Below are positions 63,735 to 64,000 of a stretch of DNA of 64,000 nt, one piece after another. The stretch spans positions 10,575 through 74,574 of the forward strand of contig JAJPXZ010000103.1 in assembly GCA_021205245.1 (NCBI GenBank), given 5' to 3'. Position numbers and translations under genes: made by a program. The notes below the pieces were generated by a model that saw only the letters and a list, made by a program, of their open reading frames with translations, was not told the DNA's origin and did no database searches. This DNA comes from Planctomycetaceae bacterium (GTDB taxonomy: Bacteria > Planctomycetota > SZUA-567). Each line of letters opens with the position of its first letter. The stretch's first letter is position 1.

Positions 63735-64000
63735 GAATAGCCTTGTCTGACGGATAGCATTATTCGTCCCTTAAAGGCAATGGTAATAAACCGCCTAGTT
63801 GGGAACAAGCTGTAAAAGTGCCGACACCGATCCGCAAGGCCCTTGCCGACCCGTCCTCGGCAAAAAATTAGCATAAGCACCACCTAATCTATTTACTCCC
63901 GCTTAAAAAATCGCTATAGTGTGACGAATTTCGCGGCAAAAAGCCGCATCCTTCTCACACGTATGCACAGGAGCATGATCATGGTCGACACCATCAAAGG

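Noticed and set aside
63975-64000. An apparent gene start (ATGATCATGGTCGAC...) preceded by CAGGAG at the window edge.
   Set aside because: Only about 8 codons are visible, which is too little to support a CDS call.

Overview
GC-rich bacterial chromosomal segment, densely coding (about 50 protein genes), with most genes on the minus strand in tightly spaced or overlapping operons. Housekeeping content: rnc, a chaperone supercluster (groEL1-groES-[insert]-groEL2-dnaJ-grpE), fabG plus a FabZ-like dehydratase, recQ, rsmD, folC, mutL, ribF and ispG. Accessory content: an IclR-headed catabolic island (7.5-18.8 kb) with a Dpp/Opp-type ABC importer, IdnD/IdnO-like dehydrogenases, an amidohydrolase, RidA and a SelA/DgaE-like PLP enzyme. 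Also a sigma-54 two-component pair whose kinase carries a degenerate ABC ATPase domain, a five-gene operon ending in a pseudokinase-PilZ fusion, a PAS-GGDEF protein, a MATE pump, and a cupin/AraC pair in a visibly AT-richer tail. Two genes carry in-frame stops without a frameshift: a DppB-like permease (TGA at a conserved Trp) and a P-type ATPase (TAA ending a 42-nt AT-rich patch over the TM6 ion-binding motif). No rRNA, tRNA, CRISPR array, transposase or integrase was recognised. Most unusual observations: (i) two intergenic repeat families. One is a hairpin element with 7 copies, mostly in inverted pairs, with a compensatory double substitution in its stem. The other is an ~86-nt element with 3 copies that looks like a small structured RNA. 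(ii) Cys-rich termini on GroEL1 and GroES, plus an AT-rich four-helix-bundle (23S-IVS-protein family) cassette bracketed by inverted AATTCACAATT repeats that splits groES from groEL2. (iii) A near-consensus sigma-54 -24/-12 element upstream of groEL1. All functional calls rest on motifs read by eye from the ORF translations; no database search was run.
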